Shown piece after piece: positions 8,779 to 16,761 of a stretch of 29,323 bases of DNA (the first letter of the stretch is position 1; each line of letters opens with the position of its first letter). Location: positions 1 through 29,323 of IMG/VR virus record IMGVR_UViG_3300031566_000267; one strand, 5' to 3'. The position numbers and the translations under genes were made by a program. The DNA comes from a virus (Duplodnaviria; Caudoviricetes). Below the pieces are notes generated by a model. That model did not search any database and was not told where the DNA came from. It saw nothing but the letters and a program-made list of their open reading frames with translations.

Positions 8779-8784
8779 AGCCTA
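8779..8784 (-). promoter_or_regulatory. Putative -10 element TAGGCT, 6 nt before ATG 8772
   Basis: TAGGCT-CGCCCG-ATG in intergenic gap. Confidence 0.5.
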
Positions 8785-8831
8785 GCTGGGGTGGGCGATC
8801 CCGTCCAGATCCTCGTCGGTCAGCCGCTTCG

Positions 8832-9146
8832 TCATGGCTTGTTCTTCCTGGCCGCAGCCTTGGTCCCGGCCTCTCCGGAGGCACGAGCCGCAGCCACAAC
8901 CCTTATCCAGCAGGTGAGGTTGATCCCGTGAAAGCTACGATCGATGGCACCACGCTGGGCGGCCTCCTCCTCTCCGTTGGCCCAGCGCTGCAGTGCGTAC
9001 TGGATGACCATCACCGTATGTGGATCGTCGTAGCCGCACGCCCGGAGCTCGCGCATGCCAGCGTCCACATCGATGCGGTCGATGTCGTGTCCTGGGATTC
9101 TGAGCACCGGACGGTTCATGGCCCGTGCACGACGGGTGTCGGTCAT
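8832..9146 (-). CDS. Hypothetical protein
   Basis: ATGA overlap with upstream ORF; MTDTRRARAMNRP... Confidence 0.6.
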   Translation of the reverse strand: MTDTRRARAMNRPVLRIPGHDIDRIDVDAGMRELRACGYDDPHTVMVIQYALQRWANGEEEAAQRGAIDRSFHGINLTCWIRVVAAARASGEAGTKAAARKNKP

Positions 9147-9343
9147 GACTTCCGTCTCCCGATGGTGATCACGTAGCGGGTGTGGGCCACGCGGCTGTGC
9201 GCCTTGACCATGCACTTCTTCACATCCACCGGCGTGATCGTAGCCGTCCCTGCGACCGCAGCCTTGAGCCGCTCAGCACGCCGCAACACAGCGGCGAGCT
9301 CGGTCTCGAAGTCGAAGTTGATCTGTCGTCGAACCTTACTCAT
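9143..9343 (-). CDS. Small basic hypothetical protein
   Basis: MSKVRRQINFDF...; follows promoter motif. Confidence 0.65.
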   Translation of the reverse strand: MSKVRRQINFDFETELAAVLRRAERLKAAVAGTATITPVDVKKCMVKAHSRVAHTRYVITIGRRKS

Positions 9344-9350
9344 CGACCCT

Positions 9351-9380
9351 AGCCTTGTTGATGCGTGTGAGCGTTCCGAC
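9351..9380 (-). promoter_or_regulatory. Bipartite promoter motif copy 4
   Basis: GTCGGAAC-N14-ACAAGGCT-N7-ATG(9343). Confidence 0.75.
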
Positions 9381-9455
9381 CCGCGCAAGCAACCGATGCA
9401 TACGTGAACGGCGAGTCGCCGAACTCCCTCAGCATCTCCTCGATCGTTTGGCTGC

Positions 9456-9974
9456 TCACGGGGTCTCCTTGGCCAGCGCGATCAGGGCGTTGATGGCTGC
9501 GATACCTACCCGCGTCAGGTACCCGCGCCTCATGCCCTCCAGCGCCTCGACCCGCTCGGGCGTGAGGCAGGCGCGGTAGGCGTCCCGCTCTGCCTTGAGC
9601 CGCTCGATCTCCCTGTCCCGCTCCTCGATGGCGTCGAGGGCGAGGGGCCAGCGGGTGCGCGCGACGTCGTAGAATGCGACGCACGACTTCACGACGAACG
9701 GGGCGGCGCAGTCACCATAGCCTCCGTAGCTGATGTCCGCTTCGACTTCGACAGGAGCCGCGTCACACGTTGCCCTGTCCGCCTGGATCTCGGTGGGGGT
9801 CATAGCGACTCCAGTGCGGCGGCGAGGTCGAGCAGGTGCTCGGTGCTCTGCCTCGGCCATCAACCGGACGATGTGGGCAGCCTGGGCGAGCCGCACCTCC
9901 TCGCTGACCTTCAGCTTCTCGGTCAGCTTGTCGATCTCCTCGCGGAGCAGCTCGACCCTGGAGTTGTAGCTCAT
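9456..9974 (-). CDS. Hypothetical coiled-coil protein
   Basis: MSYNSRVELLREEIDKL...; ATG 9974 avoids overlap with upstream gene; start uncertain. Confidence 0.55.
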   Translation of the reverse strand: MSYNSRVELLREEIDKLTEKLKVSEEVRLAQAAHIVRLMAEAEHRAPARPRRRTGVAMTPTEIQADRATCDAAPVEVEADISYGGYGDCAAPFVVKSCVAFYDVARTRWPLALDAIEERDREIERLKAERDAYRACLTPERVEALEGMRRGYLTRVGIAAINALIALAKETP

Positions 9975-10026
9975 CGTGTCATGCCGATCACGGGGACGCC
10001 ACACACCGAACACGGTCGCCAAGTGC

Positions 10027-10740
10027 TCATGCTGCACCGTACTCGCCGCGCCCGGTGCGCTTGAGCAGGCCGTCGCGGGCGAGCCGGCCGAGCACGTTGC
10101 TCGCCTGCACGTTGGTCTGCCCGGTCTCATCCGCGAGCAGGTCAGGCGTCACCGTGCCCTTGGACGCCAAGTTGAGCGCAACCGCAGAGGGCCCTGATGC
10201 CTTGGCTGCGGTCAGCTTCTTCGTGGACTTCGCCTTCTTGCCCTTGGCACTGCGCTTGCCCTTGGCACTGCGCTTGCCCTTCGGCTCCTCAGCAGCCTCG
10301 ACGGGTGACCCGCCTGCCGCCTTCAGCATCGCGAGGAGCGACTTGAGCTCCGACTCCAGCTCGTCCAGCTCGTCCTTCACGATGGTGCGCCGGGCCGCGA
10401 GTTTCTCGATCGACTTCTCTAGCGCCGCACGATGAGCGGCGACTGCACGTTGTTCTGCCATGCTCTTTGCCTTGTCGGGGGCTGGCTGGATTCCGACCGC
10501 CTCAGCCTGCGCTGCGGTCTCGATGGGTGCCAGTGCTGGTGGCGCACCGACGACCTCTGCCCACTCCATCATGATCGACAGCGGGTGGCCCAGCACCCGC
10601 ATGCACGTCGCGAGGCGCGCCGCTCGCCGAGCCGGGGGGTACCTCTTGACGACCTCGCCGTCCCGCAGGTACGGGTTCTTCCAGGTGCCACCCCCGTACG
10701 GACTGCCTCGGTTCTCCTCGGGCTCAGCCCCGTACTTCAC
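10027..10740 (-). CDS. DNA-binding protein: coiled coil, Lys-rich linker, C-terminal winged helix; in-frame internal start at 10461
   Basis: GAAGGAG RBS before GTG 10740; KGKRSA repeats; ASNVLGRLARDGLLKRTGRGEY. Confidence 0.7.
   Translation of the reverse strand: MKYGAEPEENRGSPYGGGTWKNPYLRDGEVVKRYPPARRAARLATCMRVLGHPLSIMMEWAEVVGAPPALAPIETAAQAEAVGIQPAPDKAKSMAEQRAVAAHRAALEKSIEKLAARRTIVKDELDELESELKSLLAMLKAAGGSPVEAAEEPKGKRSAKGKRSAKGKKAKSTKKLTAAKASGPSAVALNLASKGTVTPDLLADETGQTNVQASNVLGRLARDGLLKRTGRGEYGAA
10237..10281. repeat. 18-bp tandem repeat x2.5 (KGKRSA)
   Basis: cttgcccttggcactgcg x2 plus cttgccctt. Confidence 0.85.
10468..10497 (-). promoter_or_regulatory. Bipartite promoter motif copy 5 (intragenic)
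   Basis: GTCGGAAT-N14-ACAAGGCA-N6-ATG(10461). Confidence 0.7.
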
Positions 10741-10781
10741 AGGTCGAAGGCTCCTTCAGCGGTCCGCAAACGTCAACGTCA

Positions 10782-11042
10782 TCAGCCCCTGATGGCCCAC
10801 CGAGCTTGAAGATCATCGAGTGCGAGCTCGTCTCGAAGGAGCTGAGCGACGAGCTCAGTCTGGCAGGACAGGCACGTCACCCGCTCTGGGACGTAGCAGA
10901 TCACTGTGAGGCCGGTGATGTTCAAGCCACACGCCGTCGGGTGCGTGTCCTCATTGACGGCGCACCAGTCGGCGGGTGTGCCAATACGCCAATGGCTGAG
11001 CACACGCAGACCTCGCTGGAAGCATCGGAAGAAGCGCGGCAT
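10782..11042 (-). CDS. Hypothetical protein with putative zinc-binding motif
   Basis: H..ACG...VTCLSC; ATG 11042 just after upstream small ORF. Confidence 0.55.
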   Translation of the reverse strand: MPRFFRCFQRGLRVLSHWRIGTPADWCAVNEDTHPTACGLNITGLTVICYVPERVTCLSCQTELVAQLLRDELALDDLQARWAIRG

Positions 11043-11046
11043 GGGA

Positions 11047-11199
11047 TCACCACATCGGTCGGTCAGGCAGGCGCGGGCCCTGGTTCGTAGTCGGCGGGCC
11101 ATCGTACCCGCGCCGCGAGTAGAGCCGTCGTTGAGCGTCACGAGCGAGATCGGTTGCGTTCGTCAGCGGCGACTTCTTGGTCTGGTCTTTGGGCGCCAT
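11047..11199 (-). CDS. 50-aa hypothetical protein (not in ORF track)
   Basis: MAPKDQTKKSPLTNATDLARDAQRRLYSRR...; ATG at the usual distance from promoter motif. Confidence 0.55.
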   Translation of the reverse strand: MAPKDQTKKSPLTNATDLARDAQRRLYSRRGYDGPPTTNQGPRLPDRPMW

Positions 11200-11205
11200 A
11201 CCCAA

Positions 11206-11236
11206 TGCCTTGTCGAAACGAGGGGCGCGTTCCTAC
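11206..11236 (-). promoter_or_regulatory. Bipartite promoter motif copy 6
   Basis: GTAGGAAC-N15-ACAAGGCA-N6-ATG(11199); shares 15 nt GTAGGAACGCGCCCC with copy 2. Confidence 0.75.
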
Positions 11237-11997
11237 TCGCCGGTGGCCTTCTTGTCGAGGCCTCCTTCAAGGAGCACCAGGCCACGAGCTTGGGCGCGCC
11301 GTAGGACCTCGTCCTGGTAGCCAGCCATCTTGACCAAGTCTGCGATCGGCATCGTGTCGAGCTCTGAGATGACCCCGATGATCTCACCTGGCTCGCCCAG
11401 GTACAGCCGCTCCATCTGCATCGCAGTCTGCCCCGCAGAGGAGAGTTCGCGGAGGGTTGAGGAGTATCGACGCATGATGCCCGAGAGGGACGCCATCTGC
11501 TTGTCCGTCAAAGACTCAGTGTTCAGCGATACTTCGATCAGCTTCCCGCCCAGTTTGGTCATCGCGTGGCCAAGACCCTCGGCCGATTTCATCGCTGCGG
11601 CGAGAGCGTTCATAGTGGCGACGCGAGTGGCTTGGATCAGTTTCCCTTCCTGCTCACGGGACTGAAGCGCGTGTTGGCGTGCGCGTTCGCGATCTCGTTC
11701 TGCTTCCAGTTCTGCTTTGTCCTGATCGAGGTCGAGTTGGTCGGCCTCGAGCTGGAGTCGGGAACGGGCGAGCTCTGCCAAGTCCTTGATGATAAGGCGG
11801 ATTGGCTTGATGCCCCACGGTCGGTCGGGGTAGCCAATGTCCCAGGCGCGACGCGCGGTACGACGTTGGACGTTGGCATGACGCGCCGCAGATGAGTGGT
11901 TCCCGGGGTCGTCTGTGTAGGCTTCCAGGAGCTTGTCCCAGAGGGGTTGGTCAACGCGTCCTGAAGAGGTACCCATGGCTGTGTGGAACTGTGTCAC
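11233..11997 (-). CDS. Probable terminase small subunit
   Basis: N-terminal HTH (NHSSAARHANVQRRTARRAW), long helical region, ERLYLGEP segment; upstream of terL. Confidence 0.5.
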   Translation of the reverse strand: MTQFHTAMGTSSGRVDQPLWDKLLEAYTDDPGNHSSAARHANVQRRTARRAWDIGYPDRPWGIKPIRLIIKDLAELARSRLQLEADQLDLDQDKAELEAERDRERARQHALQSREQEGKLIQATRVATMNALAAAMKSAEGLGHAMTKLGGKLIEVSLNTESLTDKQMASLSGIMRRYSSTLRELSSAGQTAMQMERLYLGEPGEIIGVISELDTMPIADLVKMAGYQDEVLRRAQARGLVLLEGGLDKKATGE

Positions 11998-12075
11998 GGG
12001 TGGGCAGCTCTGAGCAACCAGAAGCCTCTTCAGCGCACGATTGAGCGTGAGCGGTCTCGGCGGCGTGACCAGGGT

Positions 12076-12834
12076 CTACTTCACACCTAAGATCTTGTGC
12101 ACCTGGTAGCTCAGGCGCCAGCCGGGGTGGGTACCGATGAAGTCGATGCAGGTCTGGACGTTCGATTCAAACTGACCAGCGCCGCTCGGGACCTCTCCTG
12201 GCTTGCCGGTGCGGATGGTGTGGAGGTAGGTCTGTTCGACTGCGGACGCCTCAGTGATGTCCTGGGGTTGGACGAACTTGTGCGACCAGATGCCTAGGAC
12301 TGAGAGATACTCGAGATCGGCGTTTGACCACTGGTGTTCGATAGGGCCGCCTGGGATGCCGCCTGGGAGGATAACCTTGAGTTCGGCGGCCGTCCATACC
12401 AGAAGCTCGGACCCGCGCTTGGGGGAGACGCAAACGTGATCGCAAAGGGCGAGTGCAGGGTTGTCGATAGTGCCGTTCGTTTCGATCGCGACGAACCAAC
12501 CATTTCGCTTGAGTTCGACGATCAGGGCTTCGTCAATCTGGAGCGTTGGTTCGCCACCGCTGATGACGACCATCCGACCTGGCTCAGGTAGCGAATGAGT
12601 TGCCCAGGCAGCGTCGAGCTGTGTGAGTACGGTTTCGAGATCCATCTTGGATCCCTTCGCGAAGTTCGTATCGCACCACATGGCGCATGCGCCGGATCCC
12701 TTGTGCCTGTCGGCCGGGATCCCGTTCCATTGGTTACACCCGGCGAGTCGCATGAAGACGGCTGGTCGGCCAGACCACAAGCCCTCACCTTGGAGCGTGT
12801 GGAAGATCTCGGTTACGACGTAGTTCTTGCTCAT
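12076..12834 (-). CDS. queE: 7-carboxy-7-deazaguanine synthase (radical SAM)
   Basis: EIFHTLQGEG..GRPAVFMRLAGC...WCDT, SGGEP, IETNG, VSPK, WRLSYQVHK; ATG 12834 overlaps HNH stop. Confidence 0.92.
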   Translation of the reverse strand: MSKNYVVTEIFHTLQGEGLWSGRPAVFMRLAGCNQWNGIPADRHKGSGACAMWCDTNFAKGSKMDLETVLTQLDAAWATHSLPEPGRMVVISGGEPTLQIDEALIVELKRNGWFVAIETNGTIDNPALALCDHVCVSPKRGSELLVWTAAELKVILPGGIPGGPIEHQWSNADLEYLSVLGIWSHKFVQPQDITEASAVEQTYLHTIRTGKPGEVPSGAGQFESNVQTCIDFIGTHPGWRLSYQVHKILGVK

Positions 12835-13301
12835 GGTTTCGATCTCCAAGTTTTGCCGCGAATCGCTGAGGTCATCGTAGGGGAGGACACCCCGAGTCGG
12901 CGCGCGATTGACCGGACGGACTCGCCTGCAGCATGGGCACGCCGGGCGGCGAGCACCAGCTCGAGGGTGAGCTTGGCGTTCCCGTGGGCCTCCCCGCGGC
13001 GCGGGTTGTTCACCCGTCGCCCGCGCTCGTCCATGTCGCGGACGTTGTCCTGCTGGGTCCCTAGGAGCAGGTGCTTGGGGTTCACGCAGAGCCGCACATC
13101 GCACGTATGCCGCACGATAAGGCCCCGGCGGTCAACGCCGGGGTTGGCCAGTCCCCACGCGTATACGTGAGCTCCTACAGCCTGCGCCCCTGCGTTGAAG
13201 ATCCCGTAGCCTGTGCCCTCTGCCTCGGCCCCAGTCCACAGCCAACAGCCCGTAGGGTCGCGGCGGACGTGTCGCCAGAAGAGGGCCGCGCGCGCCGTCA
13301 C
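12831..13301 (-). CDS. HNH homing endonuclease with C-terminal HTH
   Basis: GCWLWTG, GYG, RHTCDVRLCVNPKHL..GTQQDN, GEAHGNAKLT; GTG 13301 overlaps queD stop. Confidence 0.88.
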   Translation of the reverse strand: MTARAALFWRHVRRDPTGCWLWTGAEAEGTGYGIFNAGAQAVGAHVYAWGLANPGVDRRGLIVRHTCDVRLCVNPKHLLLGTQQDNVRDMDERGRRVNNPRRGEAHGNAKLTLELVLAARRAHAAGESVRSIARRLGVSSPTMTSAIRGKTWRSKP

Positions 13302-13711
13302 CGCACGTAGGCGAAGCAGTTTGGCGTCTCCCAGAGCTTGACCGAGACGACCTGGATCTCGTGTCTGGCCATGAGCTCGCGGGCGACGCCGAGGAACTCG
13401 AGCGCCATGTTCTCGGCGGTCGGGGTGGTCTCCATCTCGTAGCCCTTCTGGGCATACTCGTTGAGGAAAGTCTGGATCGGGTCGCCCTTCTGGTAGAGGA
13501 ACCCGTGGTCCCAGTTCCTGTCGAGCCAGCCGCCGAGCTCCGTCTTGATGACACTGAAGTCGATCACGCGGCCGATGGTATCGAGGCTCAGGGCCGTGAC
13601 TTCGATCTCGAAGACGTACCGATGTCCATGAGCGTTGCGACACTTTGACTCGTGGTTCATCAGCCGGTGGCCAGCGTCGATCTCCAGCCGGCGCGTGATG
13701 GTGATGGTCAC
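13298..13711 (-). CDS. queD: 6-carboxy-5,6,7,8-tetrahydropterin synthase
   Basis: AGHRL...CRNAHGHRY, IDF, DH, PTAENMA, WETP. Confidence 0.92.
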   Translation of the reverse strand: MTITITRRLEIDAGHRLMNHESKCRNAHGHRYVFEIEVTALSLDTIGRVIDFSVIKTELGGWLDRNWDHGFLYQKGDPIQTFLNEYAQKGYEMETTPTAENMALEFLGVARELMARHEIQVVSVKLWETPNCFAYVR

Positions 13712-14487
13712 GAGGAGGCCCCTTTGATCTTGCGCGCGCGCTTGGTAGGAGGAGGTGTGGACGCGACCGTTGCCGCTGCCTCCTGGTCCGCACTCGGGAT
13801 CGTTGCCTGGAGGCGTGAGAGCCAGTGTCGCAGGACGGTCTCGGGATTGGTCGAACCGACTGCGGCCGCACTCCGGTTGAACTCCGCCATGAGCTCGTCA
13901 TGCAGGCGCGCGGCGACCGTGCCTTTGGTCGTGCCGAGCTGGAACTTCCTGTCGCCGGCGTTCGCCACAGCGGTGCCGCCTCCGTTCGTGGGAGTCGTCG
14001 CGAGCCCACCTTCGATCGCTGCCCAGTCGAAGGGCGTCGTGGATTGCACGAGGGCGTCGAGCTCGGTGGTCGACATAGGCAGCTCGAGGGCGAGCGCCTC
14101 CAGCGTCGTCCCTTCGCTCAGGTCCTTGATCAGGCTGGCGAGCAGGACGGGCTCGGGTGCTCCCCGCAGCTCGTTGGCGATGATGGTCAGCTTCTTCGCC
14201 TTCTCGTCGCTGATGGTGCCGAGGTTGACCACCGGCACCTCGACCAGCCCCACCTTCTGGGATGCGCGCCAGCGATGCTCCCCATCGATGATCTCGTTCT
14301 CGCCGTCAGGGGTGACGCGGATCTTGATCGGCTCGACGAAGCCGTTGTTCTGGATGCTGAGGATCTCCTTGGCGAAGGTCTCCTCGTCCATCCGGTTCGG
14401 GTTCCAAGGGTTCGGCCGCATCGCGTCGAGCCTCATCAGCTCGACCTTCAGTCCGTCACCCCACGACACGCTCTGGCTCTGACTCAT
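13708..14487 (-). CDS. ParB/Srx-like N-terminal domain protein
   Basis: PNPWNPN, GFVEPI, IIDGEHRWRA; ATG 14487 overlaps dpdA stop. Confidence 0.85.
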   Translation of the reverse strand: MSQSQSVSWGDGLKVELMRLDAMRPNPWNPNRMDEETFAKEILSIQNNGFVEPIKIRVTPDGENEIIDGEHRWRASQKVGLVEVPVVNLGTISDEKAKKLTIIANELRGAPEPVLLASLIKDLSEGTTLEALALELPMSTTELDALVQSTTPFDWAAIEGGLATTPTNGGGTAVANAGDRKFQLGTTKGTVAARLHDELMAEFNRSAAAVGSTNPETVLRHWLSRLQATIPSADQEAAATVASTPPPTKRARKIKGASS

Positions 14488-15416
14488 ATGATCACCTTCG
14501 GGTGCAAGATAGCATGGTCCCAATCGACGCCGCGACGCCGCCACATCTCGTCGAGCTGGCGCTCTGAGGTGACCCACGCCTCGGCGCTGCGAACGAGCAC
14601 GTCGACGCGGGACCGCATCGTCGACACGATCCCTGTGGTCGAGGCGAGGTACGACTTGCGCTGCCCTGGCATCTGAGACTTGGCGCGCGAGTGCGTGACA
14701 CCACCGGTGCGCACGACCTGGATGTCGCAGCCGTACATGGTCGGCGAGATCCACGACGTGGAGTCGACCGAGAAGAACGGCCACCGCTTCAGGTCCTCGT
14801 GACCTGTGATCTTGAATGCGTGGACGCGAACGCCGCGATCGTAGGCCGCCTTCAGGTACTTCTCGTACCGATGCGGCTCGCGCACTGAGGTGTTGTGCCC
14901 TTCGATGGCCACGTAGTTGGAGCGACCAGGACGACGGGCCTCTTCGAGCAACGCGATCCAATCGTCCCAGCCGTGCTCGTCCGAGTGCCAGACCTGGACG
15001 AGCCCGTGCCCCAGCCCTGCGGCGAGGAACTTCAGCCGCTGCTGTGCGACCCAAGTGCTCCCAGAGAGCACACCGATGTCGAGCTCGACCCAGTAGTCGA
15101 TCAGCTTCGCGTGCGAGGTCGCCTTGACCCACACGAGGTAGGCGTCTAGGAACTCGTCGGTGTCGGTGTCGAGGGCCGTCGCCGCTCCCTCACCTGTCCG
15201 CATCCCCATCCCTGCTGTGCGGAAGGTATGCGCCCCAGAGTCTGCGAGACGGAGCTTGGCCTGCCGAAGTGCGCGCTCCCACGGAGCGCGCCTCTGCCCA
15301 AGGCCGGTCTTCCACGAGCAGTAGTAGAACGACGTCAGCAGGCACGGCACCTGGGCGCGTGTGACGGCAAGTGAATGATCAAGGGACGACTCGATAGCCG
15401 AGAGGTAGATCTTCAC
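14484..15416 (-). CDS. dpdA: DpdA-like DNA guanine transglycosylase (TGT fold)
   Basis: LADSGAHTF, ELD, VWH, RVHAF, FFSVDSTSW; adjacent to ParB-QueD-QueE. Confidence 0.75.
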   Translation of the reverse strand: MKIYLSAIESSLDHSLAVTRAQVPCLLTSFYYCSWKTGLGQRRAPWERALRQAKLRLADSGAHTFRTAGMGMRTGEGAATALDTDTDEFLDAYLVWVKATSHAKLIDYWVELDIGVLSGSTWVAQQRLKFLAAGLGHGLVQVWHSDEHGWDDWIALLEEARRPGRSNYVAIEGHNTSVREPHRYEKYLKAAYDRGVRVHAFKITGHEDLKRWPFFSVDSTSWISPTMYGCDIQVVRTGGVTHSRAKSQMPGQRKSYLASTTGIVSTMRSRVDVLVRSAEAWVTSERQLDEMWRRRGVDWDHAILHPKVII

Positions 15417-16279
15417 GCTTCGTGCGCTTCCATGCCGTGCGGCGTGACGAGCAGGTCGAGGTCAGCCTGGACGATGTTCTCTAGGTGTGCGCGGCTGAGT
15501 TCGATGTCCGCACGGACCTTGATCGCATAGTCCGCGTCACCGTCCACCACCACCATGGCATCGATGTCGTCGTGATCACCGGCTGGGTGGAAGCGCATGA
15601 TGCTGTGGGACCCTTGCGGGCGGACCTCGACGACGCGCCAGCCACGAGAGCTGAGCCAGTCCTTGACCTGACGGTAGGCGCGCAGGGGACGTGACTTCCC
15701 GAAGAAGGTTGCGAGGACGTGCTGGTACACGTACTCGGATCGCGCTCGATGGTCACCCTCGTCAACGCGCTCGACTGGGACGCGGAGCGAGTCGACGATA
15801 CAATCGAGCTCGCGATCGACGCGCTCACGGTAGTCGTTCTCCGCAGTCGGGGCGCGGTGCCCATCCTCGCTGTAGACGAGCCCATCGGTGGGGATGTAGT
15901 AGAGCTGGTCGAACTGCTCGACCCACACCTTCGCCATCATGAGCAGGGCCTCCCTGCCTGGCCACTTCGGGAAGCGCGTGTGGTAGTAGGTAGCTAGATC
16001 GAGCGGGGTGCGGTCGCAGATGACGAAGTCGACGTTCGGCCTCAGGACCGCGTGCGCCTCGGCCACCATCTTCGACATCACCATGTGGTAGTGCGCCGCC
16101 GGGTAGACGTCGAGGTACTCAGGTGGGAACGGGCGCTTGCTCCCCGCCTCTGCGGCGAGCTCGGCGCGCACACCGTGAGTGCGAAGCCGCCCAGTGAGGA
16201 GCAATGCCAGCGTGCTCTTACCTACGCTCTCCGCACCGATGAGCCCGATCATCGTGACGTGCCCAGCAGGACCGTTCAT
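15413..16279 (-). CDS. P-loop kinase (AAA_28/NadR-like) fused to minimal pol-beta-type nucleotidyltransferase
   Basis: GAESVGKST, CDRTPLD, EDGHR; C-terminal QGS...DDID...DLDLL. Confidence 0.7.
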   Translation of the reverse strand: MNGPAGHVTMIGLIGAESVGKSTLALLLTGRLRTHGVRAELAAEAGSKRPFPPEYLDVYPAAHYHMVMSKMVAEAHAVLRPNVDFVICDRTPLDLATYYHTRFPKWPGREALLMMAKVWVEQFDQLYYIPTDGLVYSEDGHRAPTAENDYRERVDRELDCIVDSLRVPVERVDEGDHRARSEYVYQHVLATFFGKSRPLRAYRQVKDWLSSRGWRVVEVRPQGSHSIMRFHPAGDHDDIDAMVVVDGDADYAIKVRADIELSRAHLENIVQADLDLLVTPHGMEAHEA

Positions 16280-16761
16280 GCCTTGTCCCCGGCGTAGTCT
16301 TCAGGAACCGACCGCACACCGCTATCAACCGACCACGTCACGAGATCGTACGGGAGGCCTACCGAAACCTGGTCGTCCTTGCGGAGCATCCTGATCCAGC
16401 GAGCTTCCATGTTCGCGCGCACCATCAGTCGCGCTGAGCGGATCCAGTAGAGGTTGAGCAGGCGCTCGACACGATGTGGAAAGGTGCCGATGGTGATCGC
16501 CACCTGACCCCCAACACACGCGCTGAGGAGCGCCTCCTCGAACTGGTCGAACGCCTCGAAGTTCTCGGTGAGGAAGATGTGCGTCACCTCCGCCCAGTCG
16601 ATGCGTCCGAGAATGTCGCGCAGGTCATCCGGGCCGGGCCAGGCGTCGAGGAAGGCTGTGGGACGTCCGAGGCACTGTGGGCCCTCGACTTCGAGCCCGT
16701 ACCAGAGCGCGCGCTTGGTAACGCCGATATGATCACCGGCTGGGTGTGGCGGCGTGGTCAT
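16276..16761 (-). CDS. Hypothetical protein within modification cluster
   Basis: 161 aa, overlaps both neighbours; WYGLEVEG...TAFL. Confidence 0.7.
   Translation of the reverse strand: MTTPPHPAGDHIGVTKRALWYGLEVEGPQCLGRPTAFLDAWPGPDDLRDILGRIDWAEVTHIFLTENFEAFDQFEEALLSACVGGQVAITIGTFPHRVERLLNLYWIRSARLMVRANMEARWIRMLRKDDQVSVGLPYDLVTWSVDSGVRSVPEDYAGDKA

Noticed and set aside
12831-13301. HNH as part of a group I intron or intein
   Set aside because: queD and queE are both intact and there is no flanking non-coding sequence
12831-15132. Long N-terminal extensions in the ORF track for QueE (13104), HNH (14009) and ParB (15132) suggesting fusions
   Set aside because: Extensions are out-of-frame overlaps of neighbouring genes; likely starts are at the 4-nt overlaps 12834, 13301, 14487
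16279-16310. Extra ACAAGGC hits (also ~4117, ~5563, ~25883)
   Set aside because: Lack the GGAA(C/T) box 14-15 nt upstream
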